A stretch of DNA of 63,855 nucleotides, filler included, from Perkinsus chesapeaki ATCC PRA-425 (Eukaryota; Protista; Perkinsozoa), in the NCBI GenBank assembly GCA_013115145.1. It is 8 parts of 8 records of this genome, joined end to end, with 100 filler letters (N's around TTAATTAATTAA, not from the genome) between each part and the next. Parts side by side here need not be neighbours in the genome. Positions count along the whole stretch, not along the records: positions 22,228 to 54,219 come from JAAPAO010000409.1; positions 54,320 to 57,350 come from JAAPAO010001476.1; positions 57,451 to 59,544 come from JAAPAO010001678.1; 5 more parts are not named here. One strand, written 5' to 3'. The notes below the pieces were generated by a model that did not search any database, was not told where the DNA came from, and was given only the letters and a program-made list of their open reading frames with translations. This document shows positions 46,213 to 57,529 of the stretch, piece by piece (the first letter of the stretch is position 1; each line of letters begins with the position of its first letter). The position numbers were made by a program, and so were the translations under genes.

Positions 46213-47655
46213 GATTATGAGGTTTGAGAAAAAAGTCTCCAGATAAACTGAGGAAGATAGACTGAACCCACCGGACAATGAGGAGAACTAACGGAGAGCG
46301 GCGATGCACACAAGCGACCAGCGGCTATGGCACACTATCGTATAGCGAAGCTAAAGAATCTTGCGAAGCGAACACAACATTGCTCCAGGGACACCGAGAT
46401 ACTTGTTCATTCAATAATACGAGCTTTCACGGGACAGATTTTGTGTTTCAAGCTGCGAGCTGTAATGACACAACGCAATGCCCAGCATCACCGGCGAATT
46501 ATACATGGCACAGTCCTCTAATCTAACTGTTGATCAGCATTGAATCGCTGCATTACCGACAAGAATTGGAGCAGTGATGCGGTTGCGCATCTCGTTAAAT
46601 TGTTTCCGTCAAGCGGGAAATAGAACTTTAAAAGGTGTAGCGGATGTGAGTCACATCATGTGACTGCTCCTGCCAAAGAACGCTCCGTCGAGTCACAGAG
46701 GACTATGCGACTGAAAGTCTTCAAACCACTGGGCGAAGCATTATAGTATCGTAACTTCGACGTTCGAAATGTTTGATACTTTATCTACTTCACAGATGTC
46801 ACACCCACTTTTTTGTAAAAAATGCGACCGCGGTTCCCAACTTTAACGTTGATCACGATTCGGAGTCGTCGATTACTGCTCTGTGTCATGCTATAGCTTT
46901 ACATCGTTGATCAAGTGAATATTCAAATAACGCGACAGCTTGATCTATTTACTCGCGCACATCGCCCTCAGAACGTCCGCTATGCATGGTTTGGGCTCGT
47001 TTGTTGTTTCCGCGTGTGTGGATGGTTCACGCAAGAACTGATATTTATTTGAGAAGTTGTTAAGGTATGCGAAGTACACCATGCGCTTTCGGTCCGTGTC
47101 GCTCTCCTGCAAAATTGTCATTACTCGGTGAACTACGAACTTGGAGTAGAAAGGAAACGAGCCACAGCAATGCAAAAACGACCACAGTAATGTGTAGGCC
47201 ATTTCTTAGATCAGACACTGAACGAGTATCAACATTGACGAACGAGGCTTGCGGGGGTTCACCGCAACAACACGAACGCTCAGACAATTTGTTCAAGATA
47301 TCATCATGTCAGACTATTAACAGTAAGATTGTACAACCGGCGATCACTGAACACCTAGTGAGTGCACAAATGATTCTGTCAATCACGGCTTATTGTAGCA
47401 GTTGGCACAACTAACACAGCCATAATAGAAGCGCTGAGAGCTGTCAAATAACTGCAGTGTAAATCAACTTCCGAAGAGCCTTTAATTTACAACTCAGTGA
47501 CATATCAGTGGCGGTTTTCCGTTGAAAGAACCCTGGCATATAATAAGCGAGACGTATCATCACCTATGTAACCATAAGAATCTTTCTCATAGCTGCTAGA
47601 CAATGTGGGGGATAAGTTTACTGTAATCGTAATCAACTGATTCACTTAACAATCC

Positions 47656-49068
47656 TTACTTGACCTCCTTGGCGGCGGTGGCGACACACTTACCAAGCAT
47701 GACAACACCGTTACCCTCCATAAGGGCGACACGGGAAAGGCCCTCGCAGTGCTTGAAGGAGTCAACAACAAGGTGCTGAAGAGGCTCGAAGACAACCTCA
47801 GCCATCTCGTTGGACTTCAAGGAATGGGGATCCTCCATCTTCTTGCCACCGGTCTCCTTGCCGACCTTCCAGTTGATCTTGGCAAGCTTGCAAGCGGAAC
47901 GGCCAGTACGGACGAAGGCGATGGGAGAGTAACCAACCTTGATCTCACCGGGGACATCCAAGATCTGGACCTGGGCGGTGAAGTTAGCAACGTGCTGGAG
48001 GGTCTTGTCGGACTTGGCGATCATGCAGTCACCAACACGGGGCATGTTATCCTTGTTGAGACCCTTGACGTTAAGACCGACGTTGTCACCGGGGAGAGCC
48101 TGCTCCTCACGCTTGTGATGCATCTCGATGGTGAAGACCTTGCCACCGCAGGGAGTGGCGGGGGTATGAGTAGGCATGAAGATGACATCCTCATTGGGCT
48201 TGACAACACCCTGCTCAACACGGCCGGTAAGAACATCACCGACACCCTTGATCTTGTAGATACCGGAAAGAGGAACACGCATGGGGGCGTCAATGACACG
48301 AGGAGGGACGGTGGCGAACTTCTCGAGGGCATCGTACAAAGTCTCGACGTGAATCTTCTCGGTGTCCTTGACGGTACGAAGGACATCCATTCCCTTCCAC
48401 CAAGGCATCTTCTCGGACTTGTGGATAAGGTTATCACCACACCAGCCGGAGATGGGGAGGATGGGGACGCACTTCTCAACGAAGTCCTTCTTCCAGCCGA
48501 CACGGCCGAGCATGTTCTTCATCTCATCACGGATCTCATCATAACGAGCCTCCTTGTAACCGGCGACATCGGAATCCATCTTGTTGACACCAACAATCAA
48601 TTGCTTGACGCCCAACAAGTTGATAAGACGAGCATGCTGACGAGTCTGGCCCTGAATCTCACCAGCCTTGTGGTTACCACGGGCGATGGCGGTACCGAAG
48701 TTACCATCGGCGGGAACCATAAGAAGAGCAACATCAGCCTGAGAGGCACCGGTGATCATGTTCTTGATGAAATCTCTATGGCCGGGGGCATCAATAACGG
48801 TGTAATGCCACGACTCAGTGAAGAACTCCTTGGTGGTGCAAGCAATGGTGACACCACGCTCACGCTCCTCCTTTTGGCGATCCATATAGAAGGCGAAGGC
48901 GAAGGAGGACTTGCCAAGACGGTCGGCCTCGGCCTTAAGCTTCTCCATCTCTCTCTCGGAGACACCGCCGAGCTCGAACAACAAACGGCCGGTGGTGGTC
49001 GACTTGCCGGAATCGACGTGACCGCAGATCACGATGGACATATGAGTCTTCTCTCCAGTGGCAGCCAT
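47656..49068 (-). CDS. EFL: Elongation factor-like GTPase EFL, copy 2 (470 aa), intronless
   Basis: Same motifs as copy 1, offset exactly 2856 nt; about 20 amino-acid differences by manual count. Confidence 0.93.
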   Translation of the reverse strand: MAATGEKTHMSIVICGHVDSGKSTTTGRLLFELGGVSEREMEKLKAEADRLGKSSFAFAFYMDRQKEERERGVTIACTTKEFFTESWHYTVIDAPGHRDFIKNMITGASQADVALLMVPADGNFGTAIARGNHKAGEIQGQTRQHARLINLLGVKQLIVGVNKMDSDVAGYKEARYDEIRDEMKNMLGRVGWKKDFVEKCVPILPISGWCGDNLIHKSEKMPWWKGMDVLRTVKDTEKIHVETLYDALEKFATVPPRVIDAPMRVPLSGIYKIKGVGDVLTGRVEQGVVKPNEDVIFMPTHTPATPCGGKVFTIEMHHKREEQALPGDNVGLNVKGLNKDNMPRVGDCMIAKSDKTLQHVANFTAQVQILDVPGEIKVGYSPIAFVRTGRSACKLAKINWKVGKETGGKKMEDPHSLKSNEMAEVVFEPLQHLVVDSFKHCEGLSRVALMEGNGVVMLGKCVATAAKEVK

Positions 49069-50045
49069 GGTTTTGCGCGGAAAACGTGTAAAGCCTGAAG
49101 AGACAGTTAATACGAGTTAAAAAGCGATCTCAGGAGTTTAGCGAAAGAGACCATTGCCGAGAGTGGTAAAGGATCTACTAGTTTAACCTTAATTTAATTA
49201 GCTGTTTGGAGCTTTGCCGACATCTTTGTTGCTATACCAAAATCGATCACGCTGTGTGCATGCGTTCAAAAATCGGCGCATGTTCTTTGTGTTAATCGTC
49301 TACTTTGCCATTTGAATTGAATTTCTTGTACCTATTGCGATACTCTCCATCGCTGACATCGCTTCAAGATGTTAGATTAGGTTGTATAGGCCCGACCATC
49401 GTTTGAAAGGGCCAAAAACGTCTTTTTAGAAGGATCTCCCGCGGCATTGTCCTAAACGCCACATAACGCAACACCTTGTGCAACATGTCCCTCTCGTGAG
49501 CATCCCCTCCAATAGTCCCGACCTTGAGCCCCACGTATAGACTAGCAAAAGGCCTCTCACCATAAGAGACACAATTCACACTCCGACACTTGGAATCTCG
49601 AGCGTTGCTAATTCCAAGCAGAATCCTCGCGAAAACTTAAGGGATTAGATGTTCTACTACGAGCAGTCCATTAGCTTCGTTCGTGTCAGCGCAGCGGAAA
49701 AAGAAATCTTCCAAAGATTGTGTCGAAGGTTTGCACAAAAGATTCTCATACGGGTATCTCAAGTGCGTAAGATGAGTACTGCAAATCTTCCCACTTCCGA
49801 GACTCCAACGTAGGATATTCTGAAGAAAGGTTTATGAGCCGTCTTGATGTGCTCTACGCCGGGATTGATCCCGCGACCTCCCGCATCGTAGAGTATATTA
49901 TTACCCGTTACACCATTTATCCTATAGTGATCTTCTTTTGAATTGGACGAAAGCAATGATGGGTTCATACTTTGAGTTTCCCGTCTCGATTTTAAGCATT
50001 TGGCCCTTCACTGTTGCCGTTTAGGAATTGCTTGTTGTTTTCCTA

Positions 50046-53000
50046 ATGTGCCATAGGCGGTTACTTCGGCTCTTTCTAGCCGTGACCCTGGTAGTAATTG
50101 CGGACCACGAATGCCTCTAGGCGTCCGAGGTTTACTTAGCACGCTTGAGAGGCACTCGCGTTTATCCGACAAACTTTATAGCACATATCCCTTAGCCCTT
50201 ACCTCTGCTGGGTCTCCCGCACAATCTAGAACGATGGCAACTAGCTGCTGGTCGTTCGCTCGAGCTTGGGTGATTTCTGGCTTGGGCGAAGGTTCATTTC
50301 AGGCGTTCGTCACCAGCGCAGCGGCTGCTGAGAGGCAGGACGGTCGAGGAGAGGCCAAACCGGATAAGTTCCCTTTCTTTGTTCCTGTTCAAGTCGTGAG
50401 ACCCTCTAAAGACCACAACAACCTGCAGGTAGCGGAAGCGCCCCCTCCTCTAGGCCTCATCATGCCTCTAGGTCGTCCCGGAGTCCATCAACCTGCTCCG
50501 GTCTGCCTCGCAACGTCGCCCTATATCCGTGATCTCAGTCGTCGGACCGTACCACTCCGGGAAAAGCTTTCTCCTTAACTCGCTGCTTCAGAAGCCATCT
50601 ACCTTCTCTGTTGGTAGTAGCTTCTCGCCCGATGGATCGTCGAATCCCTTCCAGGTCCAAAGACTTCCCCCCAGACTCTCGGAATCTGGATGTGCCGTAC
50701 TGACCTCACTGCCCCAGATGGGTCAGAGATCTGGCTCATGGACTCGGAGGGCTTCTTCGGCCCCCAGGTACTATCGTGGGCATTCCTTTGGCGATCTCGA
50801 ATTGGAACGTAGGTCACGGAGACCTACGACGCGAAGATATTTACCGTGGCCACATTACTGGGCAGTCACCTGGTCTACAATACCGTCAAGGTCATTGACC
50901 AGCAGGCTGTTAACCTACTGGGTGGGCTAATAATATTTGCTTTCCCCCTTAAATGTTCGATTAGAAATGTTGGCCCGTCGAGCGCAGCTCTTCCGAGTTC
51001 GATCCCTGGCCCCGACAGTGACCACCGAAGAGGATGGCGAGAGGGTCGCTGAAGTCTCCAACGACATCCCGGCCTTCCTATCAGCCAAGAGCTTCCCGCC
51101 GCTCACTTGGTAAGGTCTAGCGCGGGGCATCTGGAAGCGGCCTGATCAGGGTGGTCGAGGACTTCGTCCAGGATATGTCGGCATCACAAAGTGGTGCTGC
51201 GGCAATGAACGAATCGGCGATTGCAACTGAATGGCTTCGATCGTAATAGTGTGGGTGGAGGCCGCGGGGACAAGGAGGGATGGCAGGTACCTTACTGAGG
51301 ACAGCAAACGCTTCGCTGAATCGGATGGTAATAGGGAGGAGGGAGGGGAAATCTGGGTTCCGGTATGGCTGACCAGTAGCTTTTGGGGAACGAAACGTCT
51401 GCAGTGGATCAGCGCCAGGATCGAGATCGGCATTCCTTTCGTTCGATTGAGCATGCAACTTATGTCTCGTGCTACCGTCCTCACCGACTCTATCCTCAGA
51501 CATGTACGAGGAGTCCGACAGGGCCTATCTAGCCCGCCTCTTCCCATCCCTAACTGTCCACACACTCTTCCTACCAGCGACTAGTAAATCACAGCTTAAG
51601 GATCTGAGCCAGTAATACCACCCTCCGCGGTGTCCCACTGTACCGCTCGGTTAGGCTGAGTTGGCCCGAGTTAACCGATGAGTTCCGTAATGAGGTTACT
51701 GCCCTCCGAGGGGAACTCTTCACCACCGTTCGCTCGAAGGTGAGGCTGCGTTACTTTGCGAGGGGTGCTCTGGTGTTATAAAATAGAATTTTACTCCCGG
51801 CGGGACTTGAACCTGGGTCGTCACATGTTCGTCACGTTGTCGGTTAGGAGCTCTACGAAGAGGGCAATAAGGAAGACGTCTTGGCGTCTCCTGAGGATGG
51901 TATGATGACCGCTGAAGGATTTGCCAGTGCCTTGAATTTCATAGTAAAGGCCTTGCAGAAGGGTAGTAATCGGAGGCAGGCAGGGCTCCTCGACAATCTT
52001 CACCATGAGCAGGTTTCTTCCCTGAGCTTCCGTCTCTCTGGGCATCCTGGAGGGCCCAGGTCGGAGAGGTATCGCTGAAGGACTCGTAATGACTAATCTC
52101 AATGCCATCATCTTACTCCATTGAGCCAGATATGAACTATTCGAGACCACACTGAGCGAGGGAGTTGCCCCCCATCCCACCGGAGAGGCAGTGACCGCCG
52201 CCGAGTTCGACAGAGCCTGCAGGGACGCTCGTGACAAGGCCGTTGAGTTCTATACGAATCTGGTGAGCACGAGCTCCTCGCCTTAGCGGCAGTCTCTTGA
52301 ATGCAGGTTGCTGATTTCGGTTTGCCGACGCGGAATGGCGACCTCGAGGCAAAGATGCGCAGCTCACAGAGGTGAGCTGAAGTCCGTGGCGAAAGGGTAC
52401 CTGTACCACGGTTTGGTCAGGAAAGCCCACGCGTTGTGGTTGGAGCAAGTCCAGAACTACGTAACACGTATACGGTCGGACTTGGTGGCTGAGATAGAAC
52501 AGAAGCTGTTTAATGTAGTCATACGGGCGCAGTTTGTGGGACAAATTCGGGAACGGCAAGCCAAGTTTCGGGTGTGGTCGCGGGCTAGGAGGAGGTGTGG
52601 TAGTGTTCGCCAGGCCGAGGGAAGCGCAGTGAAGAGCATATTCTACGGCTCAGGTATCGTTACCGTGTGAGCCGGATACACTTGAGCAGATCGGGAAGGA
52701 AGCTACTAGTATGGAGGTTATGAAGTAGGAGCCGAGTAGGCCGGTAGTGGTGGTAGGTGGTGGGCAGGTATAAACAGATCCTAAAGGAGTACGAGCAGCA
52801 GCCCCCTCAAAAGAGGCTTCTCTCCAGCGACTGGGTGGGTGGCCTGTTCTGGCCTTCCTGAGCAGCATTTTTGATGTAGATGGTCGGCCAGTTGCCCAAG
52901 TTTGACGAGGACCCGGTGCAGGAGTTGATAAAGAGCGCGGACGCCTTGCTGGTCAGGTTCAAATACGAGAATGATAGGTACTAATGGAATCTCGTGGCGC

Positions 53001-54050
53001 AGCGGTCATGGCCACTCAGGGCAATTTCGAATTTAATCCGAGTGGCCCTAGAGTCGAGTATCAATGCTTGTGATGCTGCTGTGGATGAGGCTAACACCAA
53101 GTTGGTTGGAGATGCTGTACTGAAGGACTGGGCAAAGGGCATTATGGCGGAGACGACCGATTCCTTTACTAAAAAATGCACTAGAGAGTAGGCGGAGCGA
53201 AGCAGGGAGAGCTCATTGTTGGTATCCGACAGGTATCCGTGGATTGCCTCTCAGCCAGAGTTCCGATCGAACAAGGCGTTGCTGATCCAAGAAGTTAAGG
53301 ATCGTATCGACACTTGCACCTCGAGGCACGCTGTCAGGCTGGCCGAGCATCTCAGACAGGAGGTACTGGTGAGGTGGTTGGTTGTAGGAGTTACGGGGCG
53401 CGCGGTCAGGTTGAGATCTTGATGGGCGAGTACAGGGCTGAGAAGAGGAAGCTGGAGATGACTGCCCTACCTGCGGACGAGGCTGTGCTGAGGAGAGAGC
53501 ACACTGCCATCACTCAAGACATACTTGACCGGTTTGACAAGGACGAGGAGGCGTAGGCAGAGGTGGTGGCTCGAGCTGGCTGGGGGATTGGCTTCGTGGC
53601 TCAGTGTGGCGGACTCGGCAGCGTATAAGGATTTCCGATCTCAATTGGACCACAATATGGGAGCTGAATGGAACAGACTGCGCAAGAAGAATATTGAGCT
53701 GTGGAAGGTGCACTCTGATGATGCTACGGCATGCGCGTTAGAGATGAACCAGAAGTAGTCCGACACGGGAATGGCAGAGGATCCAGTGGCTGCTGGTAGG
53801 TATGTGAAGGAGCACTGCCCTCAAGGATGGATGTGCCTCTTCAAGCTGTGGCCTAGTGCCCACGCTGCTCGGGTTAAGGCAAACCTGGACGAATGCTTTG
53901 ATACCAAAGTGGGCTCTGTAATGGGCGATTGTGATGTATGGTAATGTCGTTGTTGTCAGTCAAGTGTTAAGATGCCAATCTCAATGCGTCAAGCTGTCTT
54001 TGATAGCTGGTACGAGAAGGAGCTTGGCAAGGAGGCGGCTGAGGTAGGGA
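50046..54050 (+). CDS. Guanylate-binding protein/atlastin-family GTPase with predicted signal peptide and long helical C-terminus (many exons; 3' truncated)
   Basis: ISVVGPYHSGKSFLLN (G1), TLGIWM, WLMDSEGFFG (G3), YDAKIFTVATLLGSHLVYNTVKVIDQQAVNLL, PPLTWVVEDF. Exon 1 (50046-50090) joined to the exon after TTTCAG near 50301 gives MCHRRLLRLFLAVTLAFVTSAAAA. Confidence 0.8.
51793..51819 (-). other. tRNA 3'-half-like fragment inside a GBP intron (51740-51847)
   Basis: Minus strand GACCCAGGTTCAAGTCCCGCCGGGAGT followed by a T-rich stretch. Confidence 0.3.
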
Positions 54051-54186
54051 ATATCCACTAACGGGGGACTTGTTAAAATCGCCGGAGACGGTATGAGTTT
54101 TCTATAAAATGGGGGGGGGGGGGGGGGGGCTGGCGGGGGGGGGGGGGGGGGGCGGGGGGGGGGCGGGTGCGGTGGGGGGGGGGGGG

Positions 54187-54219
<33 letters not shown>

Positions 54220-54319
54220 NNNNNNNNNNNNNNNNNNNNNNNNNNNNNNNNNNNNNNNNNNNNTTAATTAATTAANNNNNNNNNNNNNNNNNNNNNNNNN
54301 NNNNNNNNNNNNNNNNNNN

Positions 54320-54402
54320 CATTTTACTAGTGTAAAAATAAAGGACAATCGAACAACATTATATAATAACATTTTACTAGTGTAAAAATAAAAAACAATC
54401 GA
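54320..54402. repeat. 50-bp-period direct repeat at contig E start
   Basis: CATTTTACTAGTGTAAAAATAAA..ACAATCGA occurs twice. Confidence 0.8.
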
Positions 54403-54438
54403 TTCTGAGTTGCGCGATCTTCCCTATTAGTGCATTCA

Positions 54439-57020
54439 GGTTCGATACTAGAAACGCTCGCACCAAGGCTGACGAGTCATCCAGTGAATGGAATGTTAGC
54501 TCATCGTGGCGTATCTTTACGGACGTCAATGTCATGCTCCGACCTATGCACTATACTGTGGAGTAGATGTATTATAGCTGATAAGGAGGGAGATCCAGGG
54601 CTTATAAAAGATGTAGAGGATTTAATGATGGAAATGAAGAGGAAAGGGTGATAGGGGTGGAGTGGTACATGCATATCAAAAATGTGGTAATGAGGCGACA
54701 TATCCGCTAATCCAAGGGCATAAGCGAGACCAGCGATTGCAGGGAATGGTCATATAGCTTGACAGTCTTAGTGACAGCAAATTTAGATGGAGCGAAGGCT
54801 TCGCTTTCAACCTCTATTGCTGACCACGAGGATTGATGTTTAGTGTCCTTCATTCGTGACAGTTTCAAGGTCATTATTTTATCCCCAGAGTTGAGGTTAA
54901 CTGTACATATTCTCATATAAGCATACTCGTTCATGATCCCCCGTCTTCAGTGAGGCTTATATCTACTATTGTTTTAGGTATGACCTTCCATCAGTACCTC
55001 CATTATTCAGACTTCTTAAAGGTATATCCACTTTACCATCTACAACAGCATTAATAGATTCAGCATTGGATGATTTAGCTATGAGTGTTGCTAATGATAA
55101 TAACCCTATAAGAAGGCAGCTTCAAGCAAAGCAGGTTAACTTCTTGCTTTATTCACTAACAGAGGGTAAGTTGCTGTAATGGTTGATGCTATATTGATTA
55201 ACCAGGTAAGGGTATAGTGGGTGGGTATGCTAGGAAATGGCAGGGTAGGAGGAGGTTATTGGAGGTTATGATGCCAGTAGTGGGAGGATATATAAATGAA
55301 GGAGATACTGCTTTCACGAGGGATACGGCTGTAAGACGACGGCATGGGAGGATATTATGGATTGAAGAACAGCCACTTCGGACTTCCACTTATTATGTGT
55401 ACTACTCTAGAGTATGATGAGTTCATTTATATAATAGTATTTGTCAACTACTATCCCACAGTGGTGGTATAAATCGTAATAGAGTGCACCATGAGCTATA
55501 CACAGGGTGTCCCGAAAAATGTGCTTTTATACCGATATAAACCGTGTATAAACCGATTTTTTGGAAATTTTCAAATTCGAATTTCTCGCCAACTCAGTCG
55601 AATATCATCATAAGTTAGGAAGTCCCTCTCGAGGGCTTTCGAACATCGCACGTGTCGGCGCAATATTCGCCCTCCTGAGGAAGTTGTTCAAAAAAAGCAC
55701 GTTTTTGGGGGCACCCTGTATATGGATTATTTCACCATCTACTATCAACTTCAAGATGCAATCAAACTTGATTCCTTCGCCTTAGTCGGTTAATTTCTGA
55801 GTGGCGTGTCTCGGTTTAAGTCCTATTTAGATGGTAATAGTTGTCTCGGTTTAAGTCCTATTTAGATGGTAATAGTTGTCTCGGTTTAAGCCCTATTTAG
55901 ATGGTAATAGTTGTCTCGGTTTAAGTCCTATTTAGATGGTAATAGTTAAAAGCTTTATAGTCATGACAGGTATCTTGCTTGAGAGCTTATGCCCGGTCAT
56001 GTACCATCAACGGTATTAGCAATGAGATGACATATCTCACCAAAGAGCTCATCAGAGATGTCACTCCATGGATCCAAAAAAGTAAGGGGTATGCTTGTAC
56101 AGAGTTTATTATTATTATTATCAGCTTTAAATGACTCGGACACGCTTCCTATCACGTGGCTCACTAATATGTTATTCATTTATTCATCTTCATCTGAGAC
56201 TTGTTTCGACTATAAATCTGAAGCTACACCGATGGTCCTCAGCCGAATAGTTGCAATGCTAGAAGCTCAAAGGTTCGATATCGCAGCAGTGAAGTGTGTT
56301 GATATTATATCATATATGTCAAGAGTTGGTATAGTCAGCGATGTGTTGCTAGATTATTGCATTACTAATTCGGTGCCTAGTGGTAGACTACTGCGTGCGG
56401 TGTGTAAGCTTGGTATCACCTTCAAGCAGCTGGAGGTGCTATTGGGTAAAGAAGGGTTGAGTGTTGCTGTGGAGGATTGGGTCCTACCAATGGCAATAGC
56501 ATTTATGGAAGGGGAGGGGGATACTAGAGTTATGCCCGGCAGTGATATGATAGAATTATGTCGAACCTTGGATAGGGCTAGGCTGACGGATGATGCTATA
56601 TTAGGCTTGTATATATTAAAGCAATGTGAAGGTTTTAATGACGTTGTAGCGCCACTTTTAGATGTAGATCAAGTGGCTTCCCCCCCTCCTCCTCCTCGGT
56701 CACCCACTGGTTGGGCCCTAGAGGCAGCTGGGGTAGTTGGTGATGGTGCTGTACCAGGATTTATTATGGATAATGGTTATAGAGTACAGTTAGCAATACC
56801 AAGTGATAGGATATCAATAAGGTTGGTTCAACCAAAGGGTTATGTACTGCAGAGGGAGGATATGGCAGTGAGGCTATCGGCAAGGTATCGAGCACGTGTG
56901 GAGTTGATGAGGAGGCTTGGATGGAAGGAAATATGCCTATCTGCAATGGAGTGGATTAGCACTGATAATGCAGGGGGGAAATTAGCATTAATAATGCATG
57001 AACGAGTTTCTGGTAGTTGA
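54439..57020 (+). CDS. RAP-domain protein (5' truncated, multi-exon; last exon about 56058-57020)
   Basis: Terminal GYRVQLAIPSDRISIRL..RARVELMRRLGWKEICLSAMEW matches the RAP pattern LxxxGWxVxxVxxxEW; helical upstream segments. Confidence 0.65.
55503..55718. mobile_element. Tc1/mariner-type MITE (216 bp)
   Basis: Imperfect terminal inverted repeats of about 27 bp: CAGGGTGTCCCGAAAAATGTGCTTT and the reverse complement CAGGGTGCCCCCAAAAACGTGCTTT. Flanks are TA on the right and CA (probably mutated TA) on the left. No coding capacity. Confidence 0.8.
55807..55946. repeat. 35-bp minisatellite, 4 copies
   Basis: TGTCTCGGTTTAAGTCCTATTTAGATGGTAATAGT x4 with one substitution; no spacers. Confidence 0.95.
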
Positions 57021-57251
57021 TGATGTTTCTGGATGGTCTTCAAATGGTGTTATTGTTAATAGTAATGAAGTGTTAGAGTTCGTTGGTGTATGTGATATCG
57101 TATGGAGAATGCAGCGTGCCGCCAAAGGACAGCCAAAGGTCCTTTTATATTACCTCATACAGTTGTGATGAAGGATATTATGGTATTAGGGTTAACAAAG
57201 GACCTTAGGGAGGAGTATAATATTAAAGGTGATATAGGATAGGGGAAGGGG

Positions 57252-57350
57252 GATAGGAAATATGTTACTAGTGATACGGAGGAGAAGATATAATAGAAAG
57301 GAGTTTGATAGGAAATATGTTACTAGTGATACGGAGGAGGAGATATAATA
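57252..57350. repeat. 55-bp tandem repeat at contig E end
   Basis: GATAGGAAATATGTTACTAGTGATACGGAGGAG.AGATATAATA recurs at 57252 and 57307. Confidence 0.9.
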
Positions 57351-57450
57351 NNNNNNNNNNNNNNNNNNNNNNNNNNNNNNNNNNNNNNNNNNNNTTAATT
57401 AATTAANNNNNNNNNNNNNNNNNNNNNNNNNNNNNNNNNNNNNNNNNNNN

Positions 57451-57529
57451 CGCGGCTAAGAATGCGGCAAGAAAGGCAGAGGCTGAGCTTGAAGCTACGA
57501 AGGGCGAGGAAGTTGTTGTCGATGTATAA
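57451..57529 (+). CDS. 3' end of an unidentified gene (AAKNAARKAEAELEATKGEEVVVDV*)
   Basis: Open frame to TAA at 57527-57529; near-identical copy on the minus strand at 59466-59544. Confidence 0.6.

Noticed and set aside
44800-49068. Annotation as canonical EF-1alpha
   Set aside because: AFYMDRQKEE and GNHKAGEIQGQTRQHARL signatures are EFL-type.
47749-49098. 449-aa + strand ORF (also 44893-45471 and 45493-46227)
   Set aside because: Antisense shadows of the strongly codon-biased EFL genes.
54111-54219. Poly-G tract as a G-quadruplex or telomere-like element
   Set aside because: Sits at a contig end with sporadic C/T; typical poly-G sequencing artefact.
55807-55946. 35-bp repeats as a CRISPR array
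   Set aside because: Copies are directly adjacent with no unique spacers, there are no cas genes, and the context is a eukaryotic gene.
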